From Lama guanicoe (lineage: Eukaryota): a stretch of DNA of 64,000 bases. Positions 1 to 11,359 of the stretch are shown here, piece by piece. Below the pieces are notes generated by a model that was not told the DNA's origin, ran no database searches, and worked only from the letters and a program-made list of their open reading frames with translations. Numbering within the stretch: position 1 is the stretch's first letter; each line of letters starts with the position of its first letter. Made by a program: the position numbers and the translations under genes. The DNA is taken from positions 1,913,509 to 1,977,508 of the forward strand of contig MU054220.1 in assembly GCA_013239625.1 (NCBI GenBank), in the 5' to 3' direction.

Positions 1-745
1 AGGCTGTGAAGAAAGGGGAACCCTCCTACACTGCTGGTGGGAATGCAGTTTGGTGCAGCCACTATGGAAAACAGTATGGAGATTCCTCAAAAGACTAGGA
101 ATAGACTTACCATATGACCCAGGAATCCCACTCCTGGGCTTATATCCAGAAGGAACCCTACTTCAGGATGACACCTACACCCCAATGTTCACAGCAGCAC
201 TATTTACAATAGCCAAGACATGGAAACAGCCTAAATGTCCATCAATGGATGACTGGATAAAGAAGAGGTGGTATATTTATACAATGGAATACTATTCAGC
301 CATAAAAACTGATAACATAACGCCATTTGCAGCAACATGGATGCTCCTGGAGAATGTCATTCTAAGTGAAGGAAGCCAGAAAGATAAAGAAAAATACCAT
401 ATGAGATCGCTTATATGTGGAATCTAAAAAACAAAAACAAACAAAAAAAAGCATAAATACAAAACAGAAATAGACTCATAGACATAGAATACAAACTTGT
501 GGTTGCCAAGGGGCAGAGGTTGGGAAGGGATAGATGGGATTTCAAAATTGTAGAATAGATAAACAAGATTATACTGTACAGCACAGGGAAATATACACAA
601 GATCTTATGGTAGCTCACAGAGAAAAAAATGTGACAATGAATATATATATGTTCATGTATAACTAAAAAATTGTGCTCTACACAGGAATTTGACACAACA
701 TTGTAAAATGATTATAAATCAATAAAAAATGTTAAAAAAAAAAAG
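1..745 (+). mobile_element. Young lineage-specific LINE-1, 3' end (ORF2 C-terminus, 3' UTR, poly-A); cut by the window edge
   Basis: ORF 50..427 ([26 protein letters not shown]..) is the L1 ORF2p C-terminus. AATAAA at 721 is followed by an A tail. Near-identical to 50223-50975. Confidence 0.97.
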
Positions 746-749
746 AAAG

Positions 750-3290
750 AAACTGTTTAGCCTATATTTTCTTCTAGGAGGTTTATAGTTGTTGTCTTAT
801 GTTGAAGCTTTCAAGCAATTTTGAGTTTGTTTTTGTGTACGATATGAGGGTGTGTTCTAACTTAAATGATTTGTATGCAGCTGTCCAGCTTTCCCAACAC
901 CATTTGCTGAAGAGATTGTCTTTTCTCCATTGTATATTCTTGCCTCCTTTGTAGAAAATTAATTGACTGTAAGTCTGTGGGTTTATTTCTGGACTCTATT
1001 CTGTTCCATTGACCCATATGTCTGTTTTTGGGCCAATACTGTGATGTTTTGATTACTATAGCTTTGTAGTATTGTCTGAAGTCTGGGAGGGTTGTTCCTC
1101 CAGCTTCGTTCTTTTTCTTCAGTATTGCTTTGGCAATTCTGGGTCTTTTGTGATTCCATATAAATTTTAGGATGATTTGTTCTAGTTCTGTGAAAGATGT
1201 CCTTGGTAATTTGTTAGGGATCACATTAAATCTGTAGATTGTTTTGGGTAGTATGGACACTTTAACAATATTAATTCTTCCAATCCAAGAGCATACGATA
1301 TCTTTCCGTTTCTTTAAATCATCTTTAATTTCCTTAATCAATGTTTTATAGTTCTCTGCATATAAGTCTTTCACTTCCTTGGTCAGATGTATTCCTAAGC
1401 ATTTTTTTTTTTGGATGTGATTTTAAAAGGGATTTTTTTTTTTATTTTCCTTTTCTGATATTTCATTGTTAGTGCAAAGAAAAGCAACTGATTTCTGTAT
1501 GTTAATCTTGTATCCTGCTATCTTGCCAAATTCTTTTATCAGCACTAGTAGTTTTTGTGTGGAGCCTTTACGGTTTTCCATATATAGTATCATGGCATCC
1601 ACATATAGTGACAATTTTACCTCTTCTCTTCCAATTTGGATCCCTTTTGTTTCTTTTTGTTGTCTGATTTCTATGGCTAGGACTTTCAATACTAGAAGTG
1701 AGAGTGAGAATGAATAGAAATGGTGAGAGTGGGCATCCTTGTCTTGTACCAGATTTTAGCAGGAAGGCTTTCAACTTTTCACCATTGGGTATTATGTTGG
1801 CTGTAGGTTTGTCATAATTAGCTTTTATTATGTTGAGATATGTTCCCTCTATACCCACTTTGGTAAGAATTTTTATCATAAATGGGTGTTGAATTTTATC
1901 AAATTTTTTTCTGCATCTATTGAGATGATCATGTGATTTTTGTCCTTTCTTTTGTTGAGGTGGTGTATTATGTGATTGATTTGCATAGGTTGAACCATCC
2001 TTGTGTCCCTAGGATGAATCCAAGTTGATCTTAGTGTATGATCCTTTTTATGTGTTGTTGGATTCTGTTTACTAACATTTTTTTGAGGATTTTTGCATCT
2101 ATGTTCAACAACAATATTGGCCTCTGATTTTTCTTTTTTGGTAGTGTCTTTTGCTGGGTTTTGGTATCAGGGTGATGATGGCTTCATAGAATGAGTTTGG
2201 GAGTGTTTCCTCCTCTTCAGTCTTTTGGAAGAGTTTGAGAAGGATTGGTATGCGTTCTTTGCATGTTTGGTAGAATTCCCCAGTGAAGCCATCTGGTCCT
2301 GGACTTTTGTTTGCAGGGAAGTTTTTTATTGCTAATTCTATTTCACTTCTAGTCACTGATCTTTTCAAATGATCTAATTCTTCTTGGTTCAGTTTTGGTG
2401 GAACTGGTCCATTTCTTCTAGGTTGTCCAATTTGTTGCCACATAGTTGTTCATAGCAGTCTCTTATGGTTTTTTGTATTTTTTGTGGTGTTGCTTGTAAT
2501 TTCTCAATTTTCATTTCTTATTTTGTTTATTTGTGTCCTCTCTCTTTTCTTCTTGGTGAGCCTGGCCAAAGGTTTGTCAATTTTGTTTACTTTTTCAAAA
2601 AACCAGGTCTTAGTGTGATTGATTTTTTCTATTTTTTTAAATCTCTGTTTTATTTATTTCCTCTCTGATCTTTACTATTTCTTTCCTTCTTCTGACATTA
2701 GATTTTGTTTGTTCTTCTTTTTTTAATTCTTTTAGATGGTAGGTTAATTTATTGGAGTTTTTCTTGTTCTCTGAGGAAGGCCTATATCGCTATGAACTTC
2801 CCTGTTAGGGCTGCTTTTGCTGCATCCCATAGATTTTGTATGGTTGTGTTTTCATTGTCATTTGTCTCTAGGTATTTTTAAATTTCCTCTTTGATTTCAT
2901 CATCGACTCATTGGTTTTTTTTTTTTTTCAGTAGTATCATGTTGTTTAGTCTCCATGCAGTCATTTTTTTCTCATTTGTCTTTCTGTGGTTGATTTCTAG
3001 TTTCATGCCATTGTGGTCAGAAAAGATGCTTGAAATAAATTTCTATCTTCTTAAATTTGTTGAGGCTTTTTTGGGTCTGAGTATGTGGTCTACCCTAGAG
3101 GACTTTCCATGCGTTCTTGAAAAGAATGTATATTCTGTTTTTTGGGGGATGTTGTGTCCTAAAAAGATCAACTAGGTCCAACTGTTCTATTGTGTCATTT
3201 AGTATCTCCTTTGCCTTATTGATTTTCTGTCTGGAAGATCTGTCCAATAATGTGGGTGTTAAAAGTCTCCTACTATTATTGTGTGGACTA
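750..3290 (-). mobile_element. Older LINE-1 ORF2 fragment (end of endonuclease through RT), frameshifted
   Basis: Minus ORFs give L1 ORF2 motifs [36 protein letters not shown] (degenerate FADD), GYKINIQKS and [11 protein letters not shown]. The young L1 at 1-745 abuts it in the opposite orientation. Confidence 0.95.
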
Positions 3291-3482
3291 TTTTTCTACT
3301 GAGGTTTTTTCATCTTTTTCTTATTGATTTGTAGGAGTTCTTCATAAACAAGTCTTGAGACTAAAAACTTCTGCAGACTAATCTGTTGTTAGTGACATGT
3401 AACAAATATATTCTTCTAGTCTCTGGCTTGTCTTTCAATTTTGTTTATGGTATCTTTTTTGAAAGGGAAATTTTCATCTAAT

Positions 3483-3556
3483 TTTCTGCTAGTCCAGTGG
3501 TTTAGGGTTCTGGACTAGCACTCACTGTGGCCAGGGTTCAACTTGCCATCAGGGAA
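3483..3556 (+). mobile_element. tRNA-Glu-derived SINE head or tRNA pseudogene (CHR/CHRL-like)
   Basis: agtccagtggtttagggttc...ggccagggttcaacttgccatcagggaa aligns to tRNA-Glu (ggtctagtggttaggattc...ggcccgggttcgattcccggtcagggaa); A and B boxes are degenerate. Confidence 0.65.
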
Positions 3557-3574
3557 TTCATGCTTCATAGCAGA

Positions 3575-3720
3575 TGTTTCTCCTGTCTCTAGAATGTCAG
3601 CTCTGTGAGGACAGGGACTTTGTTTTGTTCACTGCTCTATCCTTGGCACCTGGAAGAGGGCCTGGCACCAAGCAGGCCCTCTCTCCATGAACACTGACTG
3701 AATGACTGAGTACATGAAGG
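3575..3720 (+). mobile_element. L2 3' end
   Basis: ctagaatgtcagctctgtgaggacagggactttgttttgttcactgct...cctggcac followed by a gaatga-type tail. Confidence 0.8.
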
Positions 3721-4189
3721 TAATTCTGTTTGTGGTTAGTTGATTAACCTCATCCATTGGGCTTGGACTTTCAGAATTTTTATCGTTTTTAAGAATCCTA
3801 AGGATTTTAAGAATTCTTCACCTGGTGGCCATAAAAATATTTTCTTCTATTATCTTTTAAGAGTATTATAGTTTTGCATTTTACACTTAGGTCTGTAATC
3901 TATGTGAAATTGACTTCTAAATATGGTCTGACGTAGGGATCTAACTTTATTTTATCCTATGTGGATAAGCAATTGCCCCATGACTACTTATTGAATCATC
4001 TTTTCCACTACTGCTCTGCAATGCTACCTTTTTATACATCACATTTTTAAAAAATGCATGGGTTTGTTCTGGCTTGTCTAGTATAATCTATTTGTCAATT
4101 CTTACTCTAGAACCACACTATCTTAATTATAATAGCCTTATAATAAGCCTTGGTAGTTAACAGGGCAAGTTCATCTCTTACTCATACTT

Positions 4190-4435
4190 CAGGTCCCAAA
4201 TTCAACATCTCTGCCTTATGGAAAAGCTTTTCATGATTCCCCAGGTCAGGCTGGGTATCCTGTTCATATGTTCCTATAGCACTCAGCTCTTCATTTATAT
4301 AATGCCTGCTGCTCTACCAGTTTGTAAGTTCTTTGAGGGCTGGAACAACATCTATTTTGCTCACTGTCATAGCCCCTCCACCAGCACAATGACTGGCAAG
4401 TAACAGGCGCTCAATAAATATTTGGTAAATGAAAG
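4190..4435 (+). mobile_element. L2 3' end
   Basis: Ends in gcacaatgactggcaagtaacaggcgctcaataaatatttggtaaatgaa. Confidence 0.75.
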
Positions 4436-4704
4436 AGTGGGGGAGGGAAAGGATAGTCTGTTTGGGTGAAAGGCCTTTTGAGGCAACAGAGATTCTGTCA
4501 GATGGCAGGTCAGATCTGGGGAGGAGGTCTATGCAGAACAAGACTGCAGGGGAGAGACATAAAGAAAGAAAGGCACCAAGAAAGCATAAACCTGTGTCTT
4601 CAGGGCTTGGCATGAGGTCTGGCCAATAGTAGATGCTCAGTAAACACTGGAAAAATGAATACAAGAATGAAGCATCACTCCCCATTTACTATTTACAATA
4701 TTTA

Positions 4705-4935
4705 AAAATAGGTAATATTTTTTGAGGGCTTTGTGACAGGTATTTTACATGCATTATCTCATTAAATCCTAAAAACAACTCTATGAGACAGGTTCCACTA
4801 TTATTTCCATTTTGAAGATGGAGGAATTGAGGCTCAGAGAAGCTGCTCAAGGTCACAAGCCAGTGAGCAGAGGAAGTGGGATTTGAATCCAGGGTTGTCT
4901 GTCCCCAGCACCTGAGTCCTACACCGTTAGGCCAT
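4705..4935 (-). mobile_element. MIR SINE
   Basis: Antisense MIR core ccattttgaagatggaggaattgaggctcagagaag...gggatttgaatccagg. Confidence 0.85.
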
Positions 4936-5238
4936 CGCACCTTTGTGACACAGGGCCCAGCTGTAAAATGACTCTCTTAAATGGGGGTGAGTTGTTATGT
5001 TTAAAACTGGATTCCTTAGTTGTTCATGTGCTTTCAAAGCACTGAACGTATTCAGCATATAACCATGATAAAAGAGCTTTTCCTATTAAACACGTATTAC
5101 TCACTAGGGAATCTGGCTTTCAGTGAGGGAGAAGTGAGTTAAATAGTGTTTGACAAGACAGAGAGAAGGGAATGCAATTCCTTTTAATACAAGCAATTCT
5201 AAAATGCCAGGATGAGACTGGGATGCAATGCTCTAAAT

Positions 5239-5412
5239 CAGTGTTTCTCAGAGTGGGTCGCAGACCACGAGCATCACTTGAGAACTCGGAAGAAGCATGA
5301 ATTATTGAGCCCTCCCTCAGACCCACTGAACTCTGAGGATGGGGCTGGGCCATCTGTGGTTTAATAAGCCCTGCAGGTGATTCTGATGCACACTCCAGTT
5401 GGAGAACCACTG
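5239..5412. mobile_element. MER5A-type hAT/Charlie non-autonomous DNA transposon, full length
   Basis: TIRs cagtgtttctca...ggagaaccactg, with an 8-bp target duplication ctctaaat (5231-5238) / ctttaaat (5413-5420). Confidence 0.9.
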
Positions 5413-5659
5413 CTTTAAATCTTCACCCTTGGCGCGCAGCTTCCCAACCCTATGTCATTTGGGCCTTGAATGGATTACAGGTGTGATGGTCCTCCTGGCC
5501 TAGCTGGGAGGAGGCCGGAGCCTGCAGCCTAATCACAGGCAGTCCTGTCTTTATCCTGCTTTTTGTTACATTTTGTTTTCTGAGTGTTGTGAAGTGAAAA
5601 AAGGCCAGAAAGCACTGCCTTAGGGAACCTAGGAACTTCTCATTTATTTTATAAAGGCC

Positions 5660-6140
5660 TGGTAATAATAATAATGCCAACATTTTTTAACAGCAAGAAA
5701 CTTATTATTTACTAAATGTCTATAATGTGCTAACCAATTTACATATATTTTTTGTTAAAATCTTACAACCACCCTATGAGTTAGTTATTATTATTAGCCC
5801 CATTTTACAGATATGGGAACAGGGCTTAGAGGAGTTCACAGAGAAACTCAAGGCCATCCAGTTAATGGAGCACAGGTGGTGGGTACACCCAGGTCTTTCT
5901 AACCCTATGATGCCTGTGCTTTTAGGTCAGGGTTAATACCACGGTTTCTAACACTGAAAGTTTGCTCTGTGCCAGGCATTATTTTAAGCACATTGCATGC
6001 TTCTTCCATTATTACAACTACGATTATTTCCACTTTTCAGATAAGGAAACGGAGGCTCAAAGAAATTAAATAACTTTCCCAAGGGCACCAGATGGTTAAT
6101 TGTGGAACAAGGATTTGAACTCAGGAAGTTCAACTAGAGC
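5660..6140 (-). mobile_element. Two tandem MIR SINEs (about 5660-5925 and 5950-6140)
   Basis: Cores ccccattttacagatatgggaacaggg and cacttttcagataaggaaacggaggctcaaagaa. Confidence 0.8.
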
Positions 6141-7409
6141 AGAATGTTCCTCACCAACAGGAAAGCCCCCAGTCCATGGAGGATGGAGACAGAGATGCTG
6201 TGGTGATCTTTCAGGGATAACATGACAAAATGACTCCCACTGCCGCAGGAGTGTGTGAGGGGAGAGGATCTCCAGCTGGCGCTGTCAGGGAGCCTGTTTG
6301 CTCTTTCCTTTCCTGTGTTTCCAGCTCACACCTGCCGCCCCAGGCCTGGCCACCGTGCTTGCAGCGCATAAGTCAGGCACGTGTGGAGCGGCTCTGCCCC
6401 GAATGGGCTCTGGCGTACAGCTGCCTGTGGATTACATTCTTCTGCACACACATCATCAGAGACTGGAGCCTCCTTCTGCGGCCAGTCCCCAGACCTCTGG
6501 GCCATGAGTACAGGGAGCCCAGCAACGTGAGAGGAGAGGGCAGTAACTTTTCTAGCCACAGGAGCTGCCTTGGAGACCTACCCACCCCCATCTGCAGTTC
6601 TGGTTGGAAGCCTGGGCTTGTGTATGAGGAAGCTGGGATCCTGACCTTCAGGACAAGATGGCAATAGCTTGAACAATCAGAGGGTACTTTCTGGGATGGA
6701 TACCATTCTTCCACACATACACCAGCTGGACAGGAGTGGGGAAGAATGGCCCTGGGGAGGTGGGGTCGACACAGGAGCCTGAGCCCTGAATTCATCTTGA
6801 ATTTTGTAGCTGGTATCCTGAGGATGCCCCTGGCCCTTCTTTTGTATATCTTGGCATTCCATAACTCCCTCACATTCCCTGCTATTGACACGGACTGGTT
6901 ACCATGCTCCCTCCTCCTTAAATTGAAAAGTCTGAAGTTCCTATCGAACAGTAGGCCTGTTGGTGAAGAGGACGTAAGCTTCTGGCCCCAGCTAGGGGGA
7001 CATCACTCCAGAAGCCACTTGGTATCAATAAATTAAGGATTTGTGGGTTTTAGAGGATTCTATTCCTCCTCCTCTAATCCTGCAGTGCTTACGTACATTG
7101 GACTCTTTGAAAGGGTCTGAGAGGTGGGTGGGACAAGTGCAAAAACGGAGATGCTGGGGTTAAAATCATCCTGAGGGCTCACCCTACCTTTCAGGAACGG
7201 GAAAGGAGGACGGTGGCTGTTGGGGAGTGAGGGACACCACAGGCATATGTCACGAAGTGGGGGAAGGCTGTGATTGGTACCCGAGGAATCCTCTTCTAAA
7301 TCAAACGTCAAGCTCCCTTGAGGAGCTGGAACCATCTCTTATTCATCACTGTGTCTCCAGTGTGAGGAATAGATCCTGGCACCAAACTGGTACTCAAGAA
7401 ATATTTGAT

Positions 7410-7676
7410 GAAATGAAATTCTGACACCTGCTACAACATGGCTGAACCTTGAAAACATTATGCTAAGTAACAGAAATCTGTCACAAAGGACCATATATTA
7501 TGTGATTCCACTTATTTTAAATGTCTAGAATAGGCAAGTTTATAGAGACAGAAAGCAGTTCCTAGGGCTGGGGAGGATGGGGGTGGATTGAGGAGTAATG
7601 GCTAAGGGGTGCAGGATTTCTTTTTGGGGGTAATTAAAAAGTTCTAAAATTGATTGTGGTGATGGATGTGAATATA
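7410..7676 (+). mobile_element. Old L1 (L1MB/MC-like) 3' UTR fragment, interrupted by the Tigger MITE
   Basis: gctacaacatggctgaaccttgaaaacattatgctaagt...gttctaaaattgattgtggtgatgg. Confidence 0.8.
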
Positions 7677-8033
7677 CAGTGGACCCTTGAACAACCTGGA
7701 TTTCAACTCTGCAGGTCCACCTGTATGTGGACTTCTTCAATATTAAATACTATAGTACTACACGGTCTGCCGTTGGTTGAACCCACAGATGTAAACGCCA
7801 CGAATGCGAAACCTGCCGACTCGGAACCCTGCAGAGGAGGCACCATGTATATGAGGAACACTGCAGAGGAGGAACCGCGTATACGAGGAACCGTGTATAC
7901 GAGGAGCCCTGTATACAGAGGAACTGTGTGTTCGAGGAACCGTGTAAATGGAGAGCCGACTAGAAATTATACTCTGCTTTCGACTGCACAGAGGGCGGGT
8001 GCCCCAACCTCCTCCTAGTTCAAGGGTCAACTA
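7677..8033 (+). mobile_element. Tigger2-family MITE (non-autonomous Tc1/pogo element)
   Basis: TIRs cagtggacccttgaacaa / tagttcaagggtcaacta, with TA on both sides (7675-7676, 8034-8035). Same TIR type as the Tigger2 end at 48389. Confidence 0.88.
7823..7951 (+). repeat. Minisatellite, 8 units of about 16 bp (consensus GGAACCGTGTATACGA), inside the MITE
   Basis: Units: ggaaccctgcagagga, ggcaccatgtatatga, ggaacactgcagagga, ggaaccgcgtatacga, ggaaccgtgtatacga, ggagccctgtatacaga, ggaactgtgtgttcga, ggaaccgtgtaaatgg. Confidence 0.9.
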
Positions 8034-8099
8034 TACTGTGGTGAATATACATGCTTAATTGATTTAGGGAAGCTGGGCATTTAAAAAGATTATTATTGC

Positions 8100-8390
8100 C
8101 TTTACTTTTTTAGAGCAGTTTTAGGTTCATAGTGAAATTGAGGGGAAGGTGCAGGGATTTCCCAGGTACCCCTAGTCCCCCCACAGGCACACTCTCCCCG
8201 TTTATCAGCATCCCCACCAGGTGGCACATTTGTAACCACTGAACCTGCATTGACATAACATCATCCAAAGTCCACAGTTTGTTTATGGTTCCCTCTTGGT
8301 GGTGTACGTTCTATGGGTTTGGACAAATGTATAATGACATATATCCATCATGTATGTTATAATTCAGAGTATTTCCCTCAAAATCCTCTG
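8100..8390 (-). mobile_element. L1 (L1MB1/2-like) 3' end
   Basis: ttttagagcagttttaggttcatag...ggtgtacgttctatgggtttggacaaatgtataatgacat. Confidence 0.8.
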
Positions 8391-8760
8391 TTATTGCACT
8401 TTTCAGAAAGCAAGATTTTTGCTATACTTCCATTTGCTGCCTTAGCTCAGATTTTCAGTTAAATAAGTAAGAGTTAACTGAGGCATAGCCCAACTACTTC
8501 ATTTGGTTAAAAAATGTGAATGGCAGTGAAACCAAACACAGAAATTAGAGGGTTCTAACGATTTCTGCCAAGCCTTCCTGGTTCTGGACTAATCTTGAAA
8601 ACCTTCTTCTGGCATAAATAATCCAATTTATCCTTCCCTCGATTGGGCTTTATCACCTTCATGCTTCCCAGTCTTGAATCTCAACCCCTTGCATCACAAG
8701 CCGCTGCCAACACTTGCCCCATATGTTCTCAGAATATCCTCTAGGGATATTTCTTTGGGC

Positions 8761-8815
8761 GTGTGTGTGGGTGTGCATGCATGCGTGCGTGCGTGCGTGC
8801 ATGTGCTTGTGTGTT
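8761..8815. repeat. Compound (GT)n/(GCGT)n microsatellite
   Basis: gtgtgtgtgggtgtgcatgcatgcgtgcgtgcgtgcgtgcatgtgcttgtgtgt; mostly alternating purine-pyrimidine. Confidence 0.9.
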
Positions 8816-9086
8816 TGTCTTTTCATCTCACCACTCCCCAACTCTATCTGCAGACCGTGAGGCTCCCCACAGAAACCACCGAGGATCATCTGGCATCCTT
8901 TTGGAAATGAAGAAAGTATTACGTTTTGGGGCAAATCCCAAATAGACCCCTCTCCAAATGCCAATGTCTTCCCTCACAGTTTTATTCTCTCCTAATGGTG
9001 TGTGTGTTTGTATACATCTCAGGTTTCTCTAAGAAGCCCGGGCCAAAGAGGGGGCTGAGTTGACTTCCAAAGCGCAGGAGACATAC

Positions 9087-9171
9087 CTGGCTGCCTTCTG
9101 AGTGAGCTCCAGCGGGAAGTCCGGGCACAGCAATTGCAGCAAGCAGTGATATTCCCTCATGGTCAGCAGGT
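9087..9171 (-). CDS. CSTPP1: Internal coding exon (85 nt, phase 1 in / phase 2 out) of centriolar satellite-associated tubulin polyglutamylase complex regulator 1 (C11orf49)
   Basis: Minus strand reads ctctccgtttccactccag|AC CTG CTG ACC ATG AGG GAA TAT CAC TGC ... AAG GCA GCC AG|gtatgt, with a canonical acceptor and donor. The peptide (D)LLTMREYHCLLQLLCPDFPLELTQKAA(R) matches the human C11orf49 segment as I recall it (..GKNGDLLTMKEYHCLLQLLCPDFPLELTQKAARIVLM..). It lies within ORF-track entry 9029..9211. Confidence 0.93.
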
Positions 9172-11359
9172 CTGGAGTGGAAACGGAGAGGAACACGTTA
9201 GGTCTCTGCATGTGAAGCCACTGCTCTCTTTTTTGTCATTTCATGAATTTCAGACCTACTCTGGGTAGAGCTGCTCTTTTAAAGGTGAGTCAGTGTTAGG
9301 GCTGTGTTAGCTGCTAACTCTCCAAGGGTAAGATGTGAAGATTGATATTTCTACAAAGTTTTTCCTGGGTGGGAGGCACCCAGCTACAACATTTTGGCCA
9401 AAGGAGCTTCACTGGTCTGAAAGATGGTCAAGTGAGAAGAGGGGATTAGAGGGGTACCTTTATTAGCCTTCTTAGTTTGGTTTTCCTTATGAAAATCTGT
9501 ATGAAAATCTGCAAGAATGAGTCATTTCAAAGCTGGCTAAATTTGCTGAAATTCTCTGGCATGGGAACACTCACCACAACATGCCCAAAGACCATCCACA
9601 GAATATCTGGAAGCAGTACTAAGGCAAATTCAGTCTTGAAACGTATGGGGAAGAACACAGCATAGCAACCCACAGACCTTATTACTGTCATCCAGGATTG
9701 TGCAGGCTGGCTTCTTCTGGATGCCTGTACCCAAATCTGGTCATCCTATTATAGGAAGCCAAGACAGAGGGCCAAGGCACACAGTCAAAGCAACCAAATG
9801 ACTCCTGGTACACAGAAACAGTGCTTTGGGAGAGATGGGCCAGGATGAGGCTCCCAGTAGAAGAACCAGAGACGTAAATCTCAGGGAGGTTTATAGAATG
9901 CCAGGGGAGAGGAAGTACACTGATGCTTAACAGTTGTTTTGTTACTGCACGTACCAAAGCCAGAAGATTTTCGATCAGTTAGGCAACTGCAATCGGACAG
10001 TATTCCATATACCGAAGCATTTCAAATATGGAAGGACATGCTAATGGTAAAGCAAGATCAAGCAACGCAGAAGCCCTCCTAACTGGGAGTATGAGTGAGA
10101 GAAGGGAATCCAGAGGGCACAGCCACATTTGGGGGATGAAGACGATGATCACAGGCACTTGGTTTCTTTGGACCTAAGTTAGCTCAAGCCACAGGAATCC
10201 AGATCTCCTGTCCCTGCTCGTTTGCTTGATGCTTTTCCAAGACAAAAACCCCAAATCCCCAAAGACAGGCCTGGGTTCCTACTGCTTTTTCATCAAAGCT
10301 CAATTCAAGGTGGGGGCATCAAGTTAGACTAACCACACTGTCAAAGTCAGGGACACCAAAGCAACAGACTCAGCGTCAATGTAGGTCAAAGGAGCAAGAT
10401 GGCTTTTGCGGCCTTTGTCGTGGCCACAATGGGGTGTGCACTTTCCTCTCCTCACTTGCCTGACCTCGGGCACAGCCTGGTAGGCGGTTTTGTTCTTCAA
10501 GGGAAGGAGTAGGAGGCACTCAGGGTCTCACAGATTTGGGACAGGAAAGGTGAAAGGAAGGGAGAAAAGCCACTGAGTCTACTGTGTTCCCACTTTGTTC
10601 TCACCCCAGAACTCCCTGTATAGAGAGGAGTGATATCTGGCAGGAACTAAATAAGGGAGAGTTCTATTCCTGAATCACGAGCGCTTTTCTAGGCTAAGCT
10701 TTGATGGATGGATCTGATACCATTCTTGGCGGGGAGGTCAAAGTGTTTCGCAGTCATTCACATTTATCCCAAATCATCTATAAGATATCCTTGGGAAGAT
10801 AAACAGGGTGAAGGAAAATGAGAAGCCGAGAGAGAGAGTTGTGTGACCCCCATATTTAATCAAGAAAGACGACGCTGGGGGTGCCCCCTGGCTTCTGGAC
10901 CCTCAGCTCTCTTTAGGTTCTTAATGATATTCTAACCCAGGAACTTCAGATTCTCGCTTCCTAAGGACAGAAGAATGATTTACAAAAATAATCCTGTGCT
11001 TCTCCCATGCAACGATAGTTCTTAGAAATACTAAATCCATCAGAAAGACACATATATCCTGTTCACCACTTCTGGAGCCTGACTTTCCCAAAGGTTGAAG
11101 TGAGGAAGGTAGTCAGATAAAGAGATGAATGAAAGTGGAGGCAAATAAACAATTTTGGTCACCTTAATTGTGGAAGAGACAGCAGTTCTACTAAGGTAGT
11201 GGTGAGATAATGTCAAGGCCAGATGACTTCAAGGGAGAGGCATCTGCCACTTGGAGACACTCCTGGGTTGTACAGTGGGTATTTGGGAGAAGGGTGAGTG
11301 ATAAGACTTGTTCTAAAATCAGAACATTGATGAGCAAATGGGAGCTGCCTCTCCCTTGT

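Larger units (their letters stand above)
3290..4190 (-). mobile_element. Ancient L1 (L1M-type) ORF2 remnants, interrupted by SINE and L2 pieces
   Basis: Degenerate antisense-L1 signatures (ttcttattgatttgtaggagttct; gttttgcattttacacttaggtctgtaatc; ccacactatcttaattataatagc). Confidence 0.6.
1..9086 (-). other. CSTPP1: Downstream intron of CSTPP1 (next exon lies beyond the window start)
   Basis: Begins with the GTATGT donor at 9086-9081. No IVLMDDAMDC-type coding sequence seen in 1-9086. Confidence 0.75.

Noticed and set aside
6230..7036. Cluster of overlapping 60-172 aa ORFs in GC-richer unique sequence
   Set aside because: Open frames on both strands reflect stop-codon scarcity; no recognisable protein. 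The region may be regulatory (several E-boxes) but I cannot support that further.
7823..7951. Regularly spaced repeats resembling a CRISPR array
   Set aside because: Units are head-to-tail with no unique spacers, lie inside a eukaryotic MITE, and there are no cas genes.
9254..9284. 31-nt antisense mini-exon (tttcag|...aaag|gtgagt) next to the CSTPP1 exon
   Set aside because: Good splice-like signals but no evidence of a plus-strand transcript; the GTGAGTCA is equally explained as an AP-1 motif.
9968..10033. Two small adjacent hairpins suggesting a snoRNA or miRNA
   Set aside because: Stems are only 8-9 bp, with no properly placed H/ACA or C/D boxes, and too short for a pre-miRNA.
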